Below, piece by piece: positions 43,131 through 53,606 of a stretch of DNA of 64,000 nt; positions within the stretch are counted from its first letter, which is position 1; the number at the start of each line of letters is the position of its first letter. Origin of the DNA: Escherichia phage ECO07P2; sequence record OP172785; one strand, given 5' to 3'. The position numbers and the translations under genes were made by a program. Under the pieces are notes generated by a model, which was not told where the DNA came from, did no database searches, and worked only from the letters and a program-made list of their open reading frames with translations.

Positions 43131-43405
43131 TCGAAATAATCTTCAATTTCGTAATCATGGACGTAAATCATTATAGTTTTTAATACATCATCAATACTTT
43201 TTCCTGGAGCTGGAATTACGTAAAAATATCCTGCTTTTGAGAGGTCTTTATAAGTTCCAACCAAGAAATCATTATTCTCGAGATGTAGTTCTTCAACTAA
43301 TTCATCGACAATTGAGTGGTATAAATTTGGTAGAAACTTATATAGCTTTTCTAGAATATCAATTTTGATTGTGTATTGAACCACAGATTGAGAATCAATA
43401 ATCAT
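43127..43405 (-). CDS. arn: Arn, anti-restriction inhibitor of McrBC
   Basis: 92 aa acidic protein; position downstream of motA region and upstream of asiA. Confidence 0.8.
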   Translation of the reverse strand: MIIDSQSVVQYTIKIDILEKLYKFLPNLYHSIVDELVEELHLENNDFLVGTYKDLSKAGYFYVIPAPGKSIDDVLKTIMIYVHDYEIEDYFE

Positions 43406-43488
43406 AGACCTTCCCCTTATGTTTCTGTTTGCGATTAGATTCTTTAAACGCTTTCTTCTTATCTTTATGAACAGAAGCTTTATTAAAA

Positions 43489-43707
43489 TTATGTTTTGCG
43501 ACTAAATTGTTCATAGTGCTGAATCACCTCTCTTAAACATTCGCATGTGAATGAAAACTTTTTAGCTACACCACATTCAAATATATGTTCTCTTAAATCA
43601 CGTGTGTCAGTATATCCCATCTCAACGATAAAATGCCGTATTAGGTTTTTATCTTTATCATTGAGAGAATTAAAATAATCGGATTTTGAATTAATTTCCC
43701 TGGCCAA
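43489..43707 (-). CDS. hypothetical protein
   Basis: 72 aa ORF with Cys cluster FECGVAKKFSFTCEC. Confidence 0.45.
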   Translation of the reverse strand: MAREINSKSDYFNSLNDKDKNLIRHFIVEMGYTDTRDLREHIFECGVAKKFSFTCECLREVIQHYEQFSRKT

Positions 43708-43987
43708 ATTGAATCACCTTCAGTTGACGTTTTAGCTCTTTTATCATCTCTTCGTTCATCGCGATATAAAGATCGCGTAAAGCAGGTTTTAGCATTCCAT
43801 TTATTGGGGAACTAAATGGACATACATAATCTTTTCCTACGAGCTTTTTAGTGAATTCCATATTACAGAACTGAAATGCCGGTTCATTGGCATAAATTCC
43901 CCATTTGGTTGACATCATTTTATTGGCATATTCCAGCGCCTTGATTTGATTCATAATTCCATCAATTTGAAACTTTTTAATATTCAT
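43691..43987 (-). CDS. hypothetical protein
   Basis: 98 aa ORF. Confidence 0.5.
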   Translation of the reverse strand: MNIKKFQIDGIMNQIKALEYANKMMSTKWGIYANEPAFQFCNMEFTKKLVGKDYVCPFSSPINGMLKPALRDLYIAMNEEMIKELKRQLKVIQFGQGN

Positions 43988-44448
43988 TAGTAAAGGTCCT
44001 CAGAGTAAAGTTCTTTTTCACTACCACCGCGTTCAATACGTACTTGTCCAGCGTAAGTTGCAATAATCATTGCTTCTTCACGTGTCCAATAATTACTATA
44101 TTGGTCAATAAACCCTTGGTCATCATCACAAACTTGTTGAGTAACTAATTGAGGTTTAACTACATCTAAAACTGCTGCCATATCTTTAGAATAATGACGA
44201 GCACCCGGAATAACAAGAATTCGTCCATCTTTTAATTTAAAACGGTTGGCCGCGCAAACAATCCGTCGTTGGTACTTTTGATTTTCATCCCAATATGCGG
44301 TCTGCCAACAGATTTCAGGAACTTCTTTTAAAATATCTTCTTCTGTATATTCACCGCTGTAAGAAGCTAATTTAGCAGCCAGACTTTCTGGAGTCTCACG
44401 TGACAAAGCTTTATCTAACAGAGCTAAACGTTCTTTAAAAGTTTTCAT
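43987..44448 (-). CDS. hypothetical protein
   Basis: 153 aa ORF. Confidence 0.5.
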   Translation of the reverse strand: MKTFKERLALLDKALSRETPESLAAKLASYSGEYTEEDILKEVPEICWQTAYWDENQKYQRRIVCAANRFKLKDGRILVIPGARHYSKDMAAVLDVVKPQLVTQQVCDDDQGFIDQYSNYWTREEAMIIATYAGQVRIERGGSEKELYSEDLY

Positions 44449-44774
44449 TTAAACCATCCTTTAATACGTTGCCACAAAGTTTTCTGTTGAGCTTTGTTAA
44501 CGCCAATTGAGCGAATAACTGGTTGAGATTCCTGAAATTCTTTATAATCAGCAAGGTAAATTTCGTAAGCTGCATCCGTAAAGGAACTTATCGCTGCCAT
44601 GAAATTATTGCGAATACCTACTGGAACATCTTTACTTTCACGAATAATCATGTATTTGCCAGTCTTAATCTTTACGATAGTTCCAAGATAAGCTCCATGG
44701 TACCAGATATCCCACCCCTCTTGAGTGGGTTCTGCACAACGACGAAGTTCATTGATAATTTCTAACTTGTTCAT
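44445..44774 (-). CDS. hypothetical protein
   Basis: 109 aa ORF. Confidence 0.5.
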   Translation of the reverse strand: MNKLEIINELRRCAEPTQEGWDIWYHGAYLGTIVKIKTGKYMIIRESKDVPVGIRNNFMAAISSFTDAAYEIYLADYKEFQESQPVIRSIGVNKAQQKTLWQRIKGWFK

Positions 44775-44784
44775 TATTTATTCC

Positions 44785-45420
44785 TCACAGTTCAGATGCT
44801 ACGGTGATTACTGCTTCAATGTTTTCTGCCGAGCGTTTAATGTCAAGATACACATTACCATTTTTAGCGATTTTGCATGACATACCGATGTCAGTAAATT
44901 TCTGAATATGATGTTCCATCATTTTGTATCCAAAAATTCGCATATTTCCATTGTTGTTAATTTCAAAATTACGAATTCCGTGAGTGCGTTTTTCTAAAAT
45001 AGCGAGATAGTTACTACGATAAGTTTCAACTTTTTTAAGAACAAATCCATTTTCATCTAAAAGTTTTAACATGAAATCTTTATCTTCTTCCATATCAGAA
45101 GTAATCTCGCGAGCTTTACGAGTTGCTCGTTTTTTCAGTAGTTCCGGAGCATTTTCCTGTGCGTATAAAGTTGCCGCGTTTGAAATAATATCCTGAGCTT
45201 CACCAGTAATGATTAATCCATCACCAGATTTCTCCACCAGGCCTTTTTTAATCAATACCCCAATATTACTATTAACTACTGCATTACCTAAATCTGGATG
45301 CACCTCACGAACTTCTGCAGCTGTAATGAAATCTTTCTTAGCAATGGTAATTAAAATCGCAGCAGTTTTTTCATTCAGAACATCGTTAGAAGCTTTGATG
45401 ATGTAAGTTACTTTAGACAT
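44785..45420 (-). CDS. motA: middle-transcription activator MotA
   Basis: 211 aa; early promoter 45462-45491 upstream. Confidence 0.9.
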   Translation of the reverse strand: MSKVTYIIKASNDVLNEKTAAILITIAKKDFITAAEVREVHPDLGNAVVNSNIGVLIKKGLVEKSGDGLIITGEAQDIISNAATLYAQENAPELLKKRATRKAREITSDMEEDKDFMLKLLDENGFVLKKVETYRSNYLAILEKRTHGIRNFEINNNGNMRIFGYKMMEHHIQKFTDIGMSCKIAKNGNVYLDIKRSAENIEAVITVASEL

Positions 45421-45461
45421 TTTCTAATCTCCGTAATTCTGTATCAGCAGTTGATAGTTGT

Positions 45462-45491
45462 ATAGTACCACAGTATGCTTTGGTTGTAAAC
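45462..45491 (-). promoter_or_regulatory. early-type promoter for motA (GTTTAC -35, TGGTACTAT extended -10)
   Basis: minus-strand GTTTAC-18nt-TGGTACTAT preceded by terminator hairpin. Confidence 0.55.
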
Positions 45492-45513
45492 CGTTTTGTG
45501 AAAAAAATTTTAA

Positions 45514-45541
45514 AATAAAAAGGGAGAGCCAAGGCTCTCCC
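45514..45541 (-). terminator. rho-independent terminator (GGGAGAGCC-AA-GGCTCTCCC plus U-run)
   Basis: minus strand hairpin followed by ttttatttt. Confidence 0.65.
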
Positions 45542-45546
45542 TAAAA

Positions 45547-45696
45547 TTACTGCATGACTGTGATAACTGTCATGATAACACGTTGAATGCCGAACGCAAG
45601 AAGACCTCCTGCTACAGCTGGAACAACACCTAAACCCGCTAGTAAAATGCTACCAGATACTAATGCCGCGCTTGTAATACCTATGAATGGACTCAT
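45547..45696 (-). CDS. small hydrophobic membrane micro-protein (not in ORF track)
   Basis: 49 aa MSPFIGITSAALVSGSILLAGLGVVPAVAGGLLAFGIQ...; strong SD GAGGAaatcaaATG; ATG overlaps gp52 stop. Confidence 0.45.
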   Translation of the reverse strand: MSPFIGITSAALVSGSILLAGLGVVPAVAGGLLAFGIQRVIMTVITVMQ

Positions 45697-47021
45697 TTGA
45701 TTTCCTCTAAATCTTTAGTGTATTCTGTAACTACATCAGTAGTTTTCCAATATTCGTTTTCTTCTTTTTTAGCTTTAGCTTCTTCAGCAAGTTTCTTTGC
45801 TTCGTCGGAAGTCATATGAAAAATGTTCATTCCAACTAGTTTATCAACATAAGAAGAATACATATCAATTTTAGAAAGTTCTTCAGTCAGTTCTTTGCGA
45901 GTTTTACATTGTACAACAATTTCACCTGAAATCACTTTCTTAATGAAATGTGCCTTGGCAAAGGCTAAACGAAATGCTGATTCAGTTTCTTTGATTTTGT
46001 TATCAATTCGCTTTTGGACATAAGTTTTACGAACTTCAACGAAGTCTTTAATTAAATCAACTACGTTATCGTAAACTTGTAGTTTTCCTTTCTCATTAAT
46101 AACGGTAATATTCTGGGAACGACGCTCAATCAACCCGAAGTCTTTCATGATTTTTGCATGGCGTTCTTCTTCGTTATCGCTCAAAGAGTATTCTTTGCGG
46201 AATTTAATTTTAAAGCCAAAACCATGCTCACCACAAGCATCATCCCATGTAATGAAGCCTTTATCTTCAAGCGGGTCTAAGATTTTACTCACATAAGTTT
46301 CACGATCATACTTATACGGAATCTCAGTGATATTCATTTGAATTCGTGAAGTAAACTTGTACGTTCCACGAATTTCATATTGACCGTCAATTTCAACGAC
46401 TTCACCACGAAATTCTGGGAATTCTACCTTCGGTTTAGTTACTTTCTTTCCTTGAAGAGCTTGTAGTACAGCTTTCTTGACAGAAGAAACACTATGAGGA
46501 AGAATGTAAGTTGCATAACCAGTTGCAATACCGGAAACACCATTAAGAAGAACAGTAGGAATAATAGGCAAATAGAAAGCAGGCGGAATGTGTTCTTTAT
46601 CTTGATGTACCGGAGCATATTCAGTATCTTTATATACGTTATAGAAATTTTTACTTACGCGAGCAAAAATATAACGACTTGCCGCTGCTTTTTGAACGGT
46701 ACGAGAACCAAAGTTTCCTTGACCATCTAACAAAGGAAAGTTATTATTCCAAGTATTAGCCATCAAAGCCCCCGCGTCTTGCGCAGAGTTTTCGCCATGA
46801 TGATATCCAAGGTCCGCTACACCGCCTGCAATAGAAGCGAGTTTGTGAAACTTATCTTTATTTCCTCGTGCCAAATCAAGAGCTCGAGCGATAACAAATC
46901 GTTGAACTGGCTTAAATCCATCAATCATATTTGGGATAGCACGATTTTCAACGGTGTACATCGCATATGCTAAGGCTTCGTTATCAATAATACTTTTTAA
47001 ATCGCGATTATTCAGTTGCAT
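45693..47021 (-). CDS. 52: DNA topoisomerase II medium subunit gp52
   Basis: 442 aa. Confidence 0.95.
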   Translation of the reverse strand: MQLNNRDLKSIIDNEALAYAMYTVENRAIPNMIDGFKPVQRFVIARALDLARGNKDKFHKLASIAGGVADLGYHHGENSAQDAGALMANTWNNNFPLLDGQGNFGSRTVQKAAASRYIFARVSKNFYNVYKDTEYAPVHQDKEHIPPAFYLPIIPTVLLNGVSGIATGYATYILPHSVSSVKKAVLQALQGKKVTKPKVEFPEFRGEVVEIDGQYEIRGTYKFTSRIQMNITEIPYKYDRETYVSKILDPLEDKGFITWDDACGEHGFGFKIKFRKEYSLSDNEEERHAKIMKDFGLIERRSQNITVINEKGKLQVYDNVVDLIKDFVEVRKTYVQKRIDNKIKETESAFRLAFAKAHFIKKVISGEIVVQCKTRKELTEELSKIDMYSSYVDKLVGMNIFHMTSDEAKKLAEEAKAKKEENEYWKTTDVVTEYTKDLEEIK

Positions 47022-47025
47022 AAAT

Positions 47026-47166
47026 TTACCATACTAGTGAATGTAGTGCCATAATAACATCAGAAATGAAAAGCACGACTTGAATTAATCCGAACATTAC
47101 TCCATAATATAGTGCTACCAATAAAGTAGCAAGGGCTACTGAGTAGCCCAAGATTTTCTTAATCAT
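47026..47166 (-). CDS. small membrane micro-protein (52.1 position; not in ORF track)
   Basis: 46 aa MIKKILGYSVALATLLVALYYGVMFGLIQVVLF... Confidence 0.4.
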   Translation of the reverse strand: MIKKILGYSVALATLLVALYYGVMFGLIQVVLFISDVIMALHSLVW

Positions 47167-47317
47167 TAGTAGATAACAACACAAATGTTAAATATGCACA
47201 CATACCCTGAGCTAAAGCTTGTGAAAACACGCTGCTGGCATCAATATAGATAGTTAAAACACATGCTACTATCCAACAAATAAATGAAATAACTCCTAAT
47301 AATTTTGCAATATTCAT
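47159..47317 (-). CDS. small membrane micro-protein, possibly Ac (acriflavine sensitivity) equivalent
   Basis: 52 aa MNIAKLLGVISFICWIVACVLTIYIDASS...; position between 52 and stp. Confidence 0.4.
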   Translation of the reverse strand: MNIAKLLGVISFICWIVACVLTIYIDASSVFSQALAQGMCAYLTFVLLSTND

Positions 47318-47324
47318 ATTTTCC

Positions 47325-47405
47325 TCACTGGCGTCCGAAGACGCCTTTAGTTTTAAGATTGTTACGATAGAACTGCATCACGTGTTCGTTATGGAAATTA
47401 CTCAT
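47325..47405 (-). CDS. stp: Stp peptide (activator of host PrrC anticodon nuclease)
   Basis: 26 aa [26 protein letters not shown], matching the T4 Stp peptide as I recall it; ATG overlaps ndd stop. Confidence 0.75.
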
Positions 47406-47863
47406 TAATACGCCTGCAAAACAAATTTAAAGTTATCAGCCAACATACGATTCATTTCTTCAAGTGTTTGATACTCAGAATGATGATTACGGGTAAACGC
47501 CAAAGCTAACTGACCTTTTCCAAACCCCGTCGTCAGAGGTTTCATCTTAGAAGCAGGTAGATAAAATACCGTGTATGGAACATTGTTATTTGCAATAGTA
47601 CGTGCAAGCTGAGACCGACGCTGACGAATATGACTTAGAACTGCACTGAATCCTTGCTTAGAACGCTGATTACCTACATAAAATCGTGCAGACACACATG
47701 GATTACTAAATAGACGACCATCTAATTTACTTACTAAAAAGTAAAATCCAGGTTTAGATAAAATATCTTTATGTGGAACTCCCAAAAACCATTCACCGTT
47801 CTTGATTGTACCAATAACGGTAGCGCCTGCATTGTTCAGATCAGTAACAGTCATATATTTCAT
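47405..47863 (-). CDS. ndd: nucleoid disruption protein Ndd
   Basis: 152 aa from [18 protein letters not shown]; track ORF extended 16 codons upstream. Confidence 0.8.
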
Positions 47864-47923
47864 ATTAATTTCCTCTAAATTATTTTCTACTCCAAGGCCG
47901 CATGAATACACACGGCCATTAAA

Positions 47924-48139
47924 TTAATCATCGCAGTCGACGCTTAATTCCCAGAACTCTTCTACAGTATAAGTTTCAGTATCATTTTCAATACAGAAAC
48001 GTTCATTGCTGTTATTTGCTAAAGTAGCGTTAACTGTCATTTTCTCGCTAGTGCTTTTAAGAGGCGAAATACGAATTAACTGATCACCATTATCTAAGCA
48101 AAAAATTTCACCAACTTTTACATCTTTAAAGATTTTCAT
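47924..48139 (-). CDS. hypothetical protein
   Basis: 71 aa ORF. Confidence 0.5.
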   Translation of the reverse strand: MKIFKDVKVGEIFCLDNGDQLIRISPLKSTSEKMTVNATLANNSNERFCIENDTETYTVEEFWELSVDCDD

Positions 48140-48254
48140 AATTCACCTCAAGGAGTATAAAATCCAAATGCAGTTGTTGACCATCCCATCCAATATGGGA
48201 AATTTGCACCAATGTAAAACATAAGAATATAAAACCAAATGCTTAGTAAATTCA

Positions 48255-48473
48255 TTATTTTACACCATTCCAAATTGTTTCAACCACAGATTTTAAGCCA
48301 TTTTGGTGAATATCCATTCCGACAACTGCCATCAAATAGATTCCAACTACAACTGAACCTAAGGCAAAAATCAGCATGAAAATGAATAAAGCTGGAAAAA
48401 TATTATCGAAAAACCATTCAATAAATGTAAAAGCACTGCGTTTACGCTTCATATTTTCCTCACATAAATCCAA
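48255..48473 (-). CDS. hypothetical membrane protein
   Basis: 72 aa; TM segment FPALFIFMLIFALGSVVVGIYLMAVV. Confidence 0.5.
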   Translation of the reverse strand: MDLCEENMKRKRSAFTFIEWFFDNIFPALFIFMLIFALGSVVVGIYLMAVVGMDIHQNGLKSVVETIWNGVK

Positions 48474-48573
48474 AGTAAGCGTTTAATACATCAATCATTA
48501 AAACGATTGGGAATATACTCAAAACTACTAGTATTATAACTACATTCCATATAGCTTTAACAATCTTTTTCAT
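48460..48573 (-). CDS. small membrane micro-protein
   Basis: 37 aa MKKIVKAIWNVVIILVVLSIFPIVLMI...; SD ggagga upstream; longer track ORF reads through promoter 48602-48631. Confidence 0.4.
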   Translation of the reverse strand: MKKIVKAIWNVVIILVVLSIFPIVLMIDVLNAYFGFM

Positions 48574-48601
48574 TTTCTGTTCCTCCGTAGTTGATAGTTG
48601 T

Positions 48602-48631
48602 ATAGTACCACAGAGGAACAGTCTTGTAAAC
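48602..48631 (-). promoter_or_regulatory. early-type promoter (GTTTAC -35, TGGTACTAT extended -10)
   Basis: minus-strand GTTTAC-18nt-TGGTACTAT. Confidence 0.55.
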
Positions 48632-48816
48632 AACTTTTTTAAAAATATTCGTAATAAATGTGAATACCAACTACTACCGCTGAAACTTGTGCAACCCACC
48701 ACGCACAAGCAATAAGTACAGAATTCAAAATTTTCATAATAACCTCATCACAAAAGTAAATACTAAACAAATCAATGGAATACTAATTAACCAAACAAAA
48801 CACCACCACAATGAAC

Positions 48817-49089
48817 TCATAGTTCAATCTCAGCGATTTTCATTTCATTACTATTAATAGCCGCTTTAAGACTATCTGAAAGAATTACATCCCAGTGGTC
48901 ATTCATATGACCATTAACTAAGCGTGTAATTTCTTCAGGAGTTGAAAAATAAGGCGTATCAGACTCCCAGTGCGATAGTCCCAAGCGAGTATAAATCATA
49001 CCTTCATCATCGCTAGAATATTCAACTGACACAAACTCATCAGTTATTTTATGTTTAGCGTAATAAAATTTAAATTTCATTTTACTCAA
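48817..49089 (-). CDS. hypothetical protein
   Basis: 90 aa ORF. Confidence 0.5.
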   Translation of the reverse strand: MSKMKFKFYYAKHKITDEFVSVEYSSDDEGMIYTRLGLSHWESDTPYFSTPEEITRLVNGHMNDHWDVILSDSLKAAINSNEMKIAEIEL

Positions 49090-49292
49090 TAATCCGCTAA
49101 AAGATCGACGATTGCATCACGAAGACACTTATTCGCAATACGCTTAAAAGCAATTTCAGTTTCTGGAGCATTTTGAATAATCATTGAATTCAATTCAGCC
49201 TCAGCAAACTGAAGTTCTTTAACTAATTCAGCTTTATATTTTCCTTGCCCTTTCTTAGCTTTTGCTCGTTTTAATTCAGCTGTAGTAAACAT
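49086..49292 (-). CDS. hypothetical protein
   Basis: 68 aa from MFTTAELKRAKAKKGQ; longer track ORF reads through promoter 49327-49356. Confidence 0.45.
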   Translation of the reverse strand: MFTTAELKRAKAKKGQGKYKAELVKELQFAEAELNSMIIQNAPETEIAFKRIANKCLRDAIVDLLADY

Positions 49293-49326
49293 TTTATTCT
49301 CCAAATCCGTATCAGTTGATAGTTGT

Positions 49327-49356
49327 ATAGTACCACAGTCCTTGTGGTATGTAAAC
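49327..49356 (-). promoter_or_regulatory. early-type promoter (GTTTAC -35, TGGTACTAT extended -10)
   Basis: minus-strand GTTTAC-18nt-TGGTACTAT. Confidence 0.55.
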
Positions 49357-49372
49357 CGTTTTGTGAAAATTT

Positions 49373-49930
49373 TTAAATGGAAAGATACCATCCGTTGTAG
49401 TTGCTTTTTCTTACAACTTTACGAAGGTCTTCTCTATCACCAATGAACTTCGGAGTGTACTGGATGACACCTGGATGAATTTCTTTAGTGTTGAATATAA
49501 TTATACAGTCAGCGACCTGATGATTCAGAATGGGCCCTAGATTTATTCCAGAACCGTATGGATACTCTCCGCTGCATCCTGTTGTTACAGAAATCCAACG
49601 TGAGTCAGTTTGGTGTGTTTTGACTTCTACACGAAGCCCGCAATATCTTGGATGAGCCAATACATCCCATGCATATGTATACGGGTCATTAACATCCTCT
49701 TGGCCTTTGTTAACATACCCGCTCAGCCAATCTGCTACAAAAAACTCTGCATACACAGCGATACGGCATCTTTCGATGACTTCTGCTTTATCCTGATTAG
49801 GATTTTGTTTTAAAGAGTATCTTGCTGTATCAGCAATTTTGACCTTCATTTCACTAGTCAAGTCATTGTTCGATAGGGTAAATGTCGGAATCTGAAATAG
49901 TCTCTGTAAACCCGGATTCGTTTTCTGCAT
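49373..49930 (-). CDS. denB: endonuclease IV (dC-specific ssDNA endonuclease)
   Basis: 185 aa; length and position (between ndd region and rIIB) as T4 DenB. Confidence 0.7.
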   Translation of the reverse strand: MQKTNPGLQRLFQIPTFTLSNNDLTSEMKVKIADTARYSLKQNPNQDKAEVIERCRIAVYAEFFVADWLSGYVNKGQEDVNDPYTYAWDVLAHPRYCGLRVEVKTHQTDSRWISVTTGCSGEYPYGSGINLGPILNHQVADCIIIFNTKEIHPGVIQYTPKFIGDREDLRKVVRKSNYNGWYLSI

Positions 49931-49995
49931 TAAACTTTCCTTTTACGTCGGAATCACTGATATTCATACAATAAATCATAGTTTCCCTTAAAACA

Positions 49996-50014
49996 AAAGG
50001 GCCGAAGCCCTTTA
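49996..50014 (-). terminator. GC hairpin GGGC-CGAA-GCCC with U-run
   Basis: minus strand aaagggcttcggccctttt. Confidence 0.5.
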
Positions 50015-50016
50015 TT

Positions 50017-50211
50017 TTATTTGAACTGTGCAATTCTTTTCTCTAAACAATCTGCGTAAGATTTCATTGAGATAAACTGCGAAAGCAGTAATTCTTGCTC
50101 AACTGCATTAACCGTTGAAAACTTTTCACTTTCTAAAAATTTGCTCAGTGCATTAATTTTGAGCATTAATTGATCGTATTCTTCTTTTACTCGTGCTTGA
50201 TAACCTAACAT
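50017..50211 (-). CDS. hypothetical protein
   Basis: 64 aa ORF. Confidence 0.45.
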   Translation of the reverse strand: MLGYQARVKEEYDQLMLKINALSKFLESEKFSTVNAVEQELLLSQFISMKSYADCLEKRIAQFK

Positions 50212-50239
50212 AATTTTCCTTAGTTAAGGGCCGAAGCCC

Positions 50240-51178
50240 TTATTTAAATTGTTCAGTAACGTCTTCAACTACTTCGTATTGACAGGTACGCATTTTAGCA
50301 TCGTTGTAATCAATCGGAATTGATACTACATCACGAGGATGTACTTTAACTTTTACAACTCGGCTGGTTGAACTGCCAAAGTGACGAATATAAGATTTAG
50401 AACACACATGCAGACCACGAGAACAAGTTTGTGTATCATCGTCATTCACGCGAGTACGTGGCATTTTAACTACTTTACCAGGACTGTTATCAAAGGTATT
50501 TGAGTGACAGTCAAAGTAATTGCTGCGAACTACTTTCCAAGCATAGAAGTAACCGTCTTCTGTAATTTCAATATCGTTTGCTACCAAGAAATCAAAGAGT
50601 CGAGATACCGCTTTTTGGCTCGGGTTTTCCAACAGATTTTCCAAGAACGGAAAATAAAATTCAAAGTTTTCACCTTTTTCCATCGAATCGAGAATACGAT
50701 CAACTAAACCAGACCGCAATTCAATGTTTTGATAGAACAAGCTTCCACCTTCAATTCGAACATCACCGGAAATATATTTTTCAACAGCACGACGAACGTT
50801 AATTTTTTGCGCTGCTTCTTCCAATTTATCCGCAACAAGCAGATTAAGAATTTCTTGGAAGTTTGAATGAGTATTAGGAGTTGCGTTATAAGTTACACCA
50901 TCAACAGTAATTGAAATGAATTTTTTAGATGCATTCCAAATAATGTCAGATTTAGCAACTGGAGCAATAGCTGCATCACTCTTAACTTTAACTGTAATGT
51001 CACCGCTAATGGTAACTTTGGAGCGCTCAGCTTCTTCAGCATTTTTCAAAACACGACGGATTGTGTCCACCGATACACCTTGCCAATCAGCCAATTCCTG
51101 TTGGGTGTAATTACCACTTGAATACAGTTTGACAATTTCAGCTTGTTCGTTTTTGGTCAGGCATTTAATATTGTACAT
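50240..51178 (-). CDS. rIIB: rIIB membrane-associated rapid-lysis/exclusion protein
   Basis: 312 aa; adjacent to rIIA. Confidence 0.9.
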   Translation of the reverse strand: MYNIKCLTKNEQAEIVKLYSSGNYTQQELADWQGVSVDTIRRVLKNAEEAERSKVTISGDITVKVKSDAAIAPVAKSDIIWNASKKFISITVDGVTYNATPNTHSNFQEILNLLVADKLEEAAQKINVRRAVEKYISGDVRIEGGSLFYQNIELRSGLVDRILDSMEKGENFEFYFPFLENLLENPSQKAVSRLFDFLVANDIEITEDGYFYAWKVVRSNYFDCHSNTFDNSPGKVVKMPRTRVNDDDTQTCSRGLHVCSKSYIRHFGSSTSRVVKVKVHPRDVVSIPIDYNDAKMRTCQYEVVEDVTEQFK

Positions 51179-51189
51179 AATTTTCCTTA

Positions 51190-53367
51190 TTAGGCCGCAA
51201 GGGCCTTCATAGTTTTAGCGATTTGGGAAACTTCATCATCACTTAAAGAGTTGCGATAACCGATGAAGTCGGAAACAATACGGAATTTCTTGGTAAACTC
51301 AGCAACCATTTTATCACTGTTTTTTGAAGCATTACGTGATAATTCATCAAAAAGATTAGTTACTGTCCAGATGTCATGACCAATGGTATCTTTTCCACCA
51401 TTAAAATATACACCCTGTAATGAACTAACCATATTAGCGAGTCGTGTATATTCTTCAGAAACTTCATCTACACTGAAGTACTTCATCATAAAATCTAGCT
51501 CAGGATACTTGATAATTTTATCAATATATCGTTTAGCTGAACTTGAATAACCTACATACTTATCATAATCTACATCATCAAAAGCATCTACATATAAATC
51601 ACGCAAAGCTTCAAAAATACATTGGCACTGACCGAGTTCTTTTACCTTTTTCTGCAAAAGCGGACGAATAACATAAAATTCATTAATGCCAATAAGATTA
51701 GCCATACGAATCAAAATATTCATAGATGGATGACAAAGCGATGTAGTACCATCCATAGAGAAAATATCAGAACGATGCATGTATGCTACATAACCAGTAA
51801 TTTCATCTGCTTCTGATGTGAGTGTAAACAGTTCCTCTTTTTCCCAGCGCCCGTCTTTAATTTCAAACTTAAATGCAGTAGCAGCTTTAGGACGAGGAGC
51901 TGTACTTTTTACTGCCTTTGGAATATAACTTTTAACTAAAGCTTCAATTTCTGACAAATAATGAATGTTAACTTCATCACTTTCAAACATTGCCATAATA
52001 TCAGGAAGCAAATCAATCTGCGATTCTACTTCCGGATTAATAAACAGAAGACGCTCATTGTGATGAATATTTAAGGTGTTATTAAATTCACTATCATCTA
52101 ACGCACGTGCTAATCCACGGACAATATTAACACGATTTTTAGTATTATCAATAACAATATTAATTTTTGTCGTATTAATACCAAACAGACGATAGCTTGA
52201 CGCAACGGCTGAAGTTTCATGGCTTTGCTTAATGCGTTTCAGTCGAGGGTCAAGATTTACTTCATACACAACCCCTGCATTGCATAACTTACTGTCAGGT
52301 TCAAACATGCTTTGCATCTTCTTATATGACAGATTTTTAGTCGTGAATTTGACCGAATTACTAATCATATAATCTCGAGCAGAATATCCCATCTTCATCA
52401 ATTCACGGTATGTATGACGAGGAGATGTAGATTCTTTAAATCGTTTTACATCTTCATTGAATGCCTTCTCACTAAGCTCTTTAACACGCTCAATAATATT
52501 TTTACGAGTACGATCATCCAGCGAAAGAGCCTCACGCGATGGAGCAATATCAAGTGAACCCATTGGAAACTTAATATAATTCACTTCATTGCGAATGCTT
52601 AACCAGTTACGTTCTCTAATAACACCTTCGATAGGATAAACAATGCCGCCATAGATAGCATACAATCCACCACGATCTGGCCAGTATCTTTCTGGATTTA
52701 CACCGTAATAGTCATCAAAATCCGGAAAATAATCAATTTCACGGTCAAGACCATTAATGATAGCCAAATCTTTGAATGGTCGCATGATATAAGAAACTTC
52801 ATAAGCAAAGTTTCTAAAGTCTTTTTCTTCAACTGGAACTACGATTTCAATACCAGTTTTATCATCTGGACCCATTTCTTTTACGAATGTAGGTTTAATC
52901 TGTGGACCATCACCATCCATGTAAGCTACATAACCACGAATTTCACCTTTATGATATGAAGTAATACTAAATGTATCAGTATAACTAAACGGAGATTTAG
53001 AACCTAAACCAAATCCACCAATGAAATCATTAGATTCAGCCTTAGATGAACTGAAGTATGAATTATACAACCCAGGAGAATTATCATCACCTTGAATATC
53101 AAAATCGCTCATACCTGGACCAAAATCTCGACAAACAAATCGCGGATCTAATCGTCCTGGAACTTGAATGATAAATTTTTCAGGATTTCCATTGAGAGCA
53201 TGGGCATCAATCATGTTGGTAATCAATTCACGGACTACTGCGCGAATCTTGTTTGTATACAAATCAGATGACAGAATTTTGAATACTTTAGGAGATGCTG
53301 TGATGCTAAATGCTTTTGATTTAGAACCATTGCCAAGAATTGTTTCTTTTTCAGTGGTGATAATCAT
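51190..53367 (-). CDS. rIIA: rIIA rapid-lysis/exclusion protein (GHKL-type ATPase fold)
   Basis: 725 aa; N-terminal ATPase-like motifs [14 protein letters not shown]. Confidence 0.95.
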   Translation of the reverse strand: MIITTEKETILGNGSKSKAFSITASPKVFKILSSDLYTNKIRAVVRELITNMIDAHALNGNPEKFIIQVPGRLDPRFVCRDFGPGMSDFDIQGDDNSPGLYNSYFSSSKAESNDFIGGFGLGSKSPFSYTDTFSITSYHKGEIRGYVAYMDGDGPQIKPTFVKEMGPDDKTGIEIVVPVEEKDFRNFAYEVSYIMRPFKDLAIINGLDREIDYFPDFDDYYGVNPERYWPDRGGLYAIYGGIVYPIEGVIRERNWLSIRNEVNYIKFPMGSLDIAPSREALSLDDRTRKNIIERVKELSEKAFNEDVKRFKESTSPRHTYRELMKMGYSARDYMISNSVKFTTKNLSYKKMQSMFEPDSKLCNAGVVYEVNLDPRLKRIKQSHETSAVASSYRLFGINTTKINIVIDNTKNRVNIVRGLARALDDSEFNNTLNIHHNERLLFINPEVESQIDLLPDIMAMFESDEVNIHYLSEIEALVKSYIPKAVKSTAPRPKAATAFKFEIKDGRWEKEELFTLTSEADEITGYVAYMHRSDIFSMDGTTSLCHPSMNILIRMANLIGINEFYVIRPLLQKKVKELGQCQCIFEALRDLYVDAFDDVDYDKYVGYSSSAKRYIDKIIKYPELDFMMKYFSVDEVSEEYTRLANMVSSLQGVYFNGGKDTIGHDIWTVTNLFDELSRNASKNSDKMVAEFTKKFRIVSDFIGYRNSLSDDEVSQIAKTMKALAA

Positions 53368-53377
53368 AATTTCCTCA

Positions 53378-53581
53378 TTAATTCATATTGCGTTTAATAA
53401 CTTCAGCAACTTCTAGTAATTCATCTTTAGTTGCGGTGTCGGATTGAATTTTATCTCTAATATCCTTAAAGCGGTTTTTAAACTCTTCGGCTTCTCCCAT
53501 ATCGAAAAAGCGTTGAATGATTCTATATTCTCGATGAACTGCTTTATCAAAAAGTTCTAAATTTACTTTATATGATTTCAT
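53378..53581 (-). CDS. hypothetical protein (rIIA.1 position)
   Basis: 67 aa ORF. Confidence 0.5.
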   Translation of the reverse strand: MKSYKVNLELFDKAVHREYRIIQRFFDMGEAEEFKNRFKDIRDKIQSDTATKDELLEVAEVIKRNMN

Positions 53582-53606
53582 TTCAATATCCTCATTTGCC
53601 CAATTA

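Noticed and set aside
48460-48708. 82-aa ORF reading through an early promoter
   Set aside because: The N-terminal half is the translated promoter cassette (…CGTIQLSTTEE…); the real product is probably the 37-aa membrane peptide starting at MKKIV.
49086-49391. 101-aa ORF reading through an early promoter
   Set aside because: Same promoter read-through artefact (…CGTIQLSTDTD…); real start assigned at 49292.
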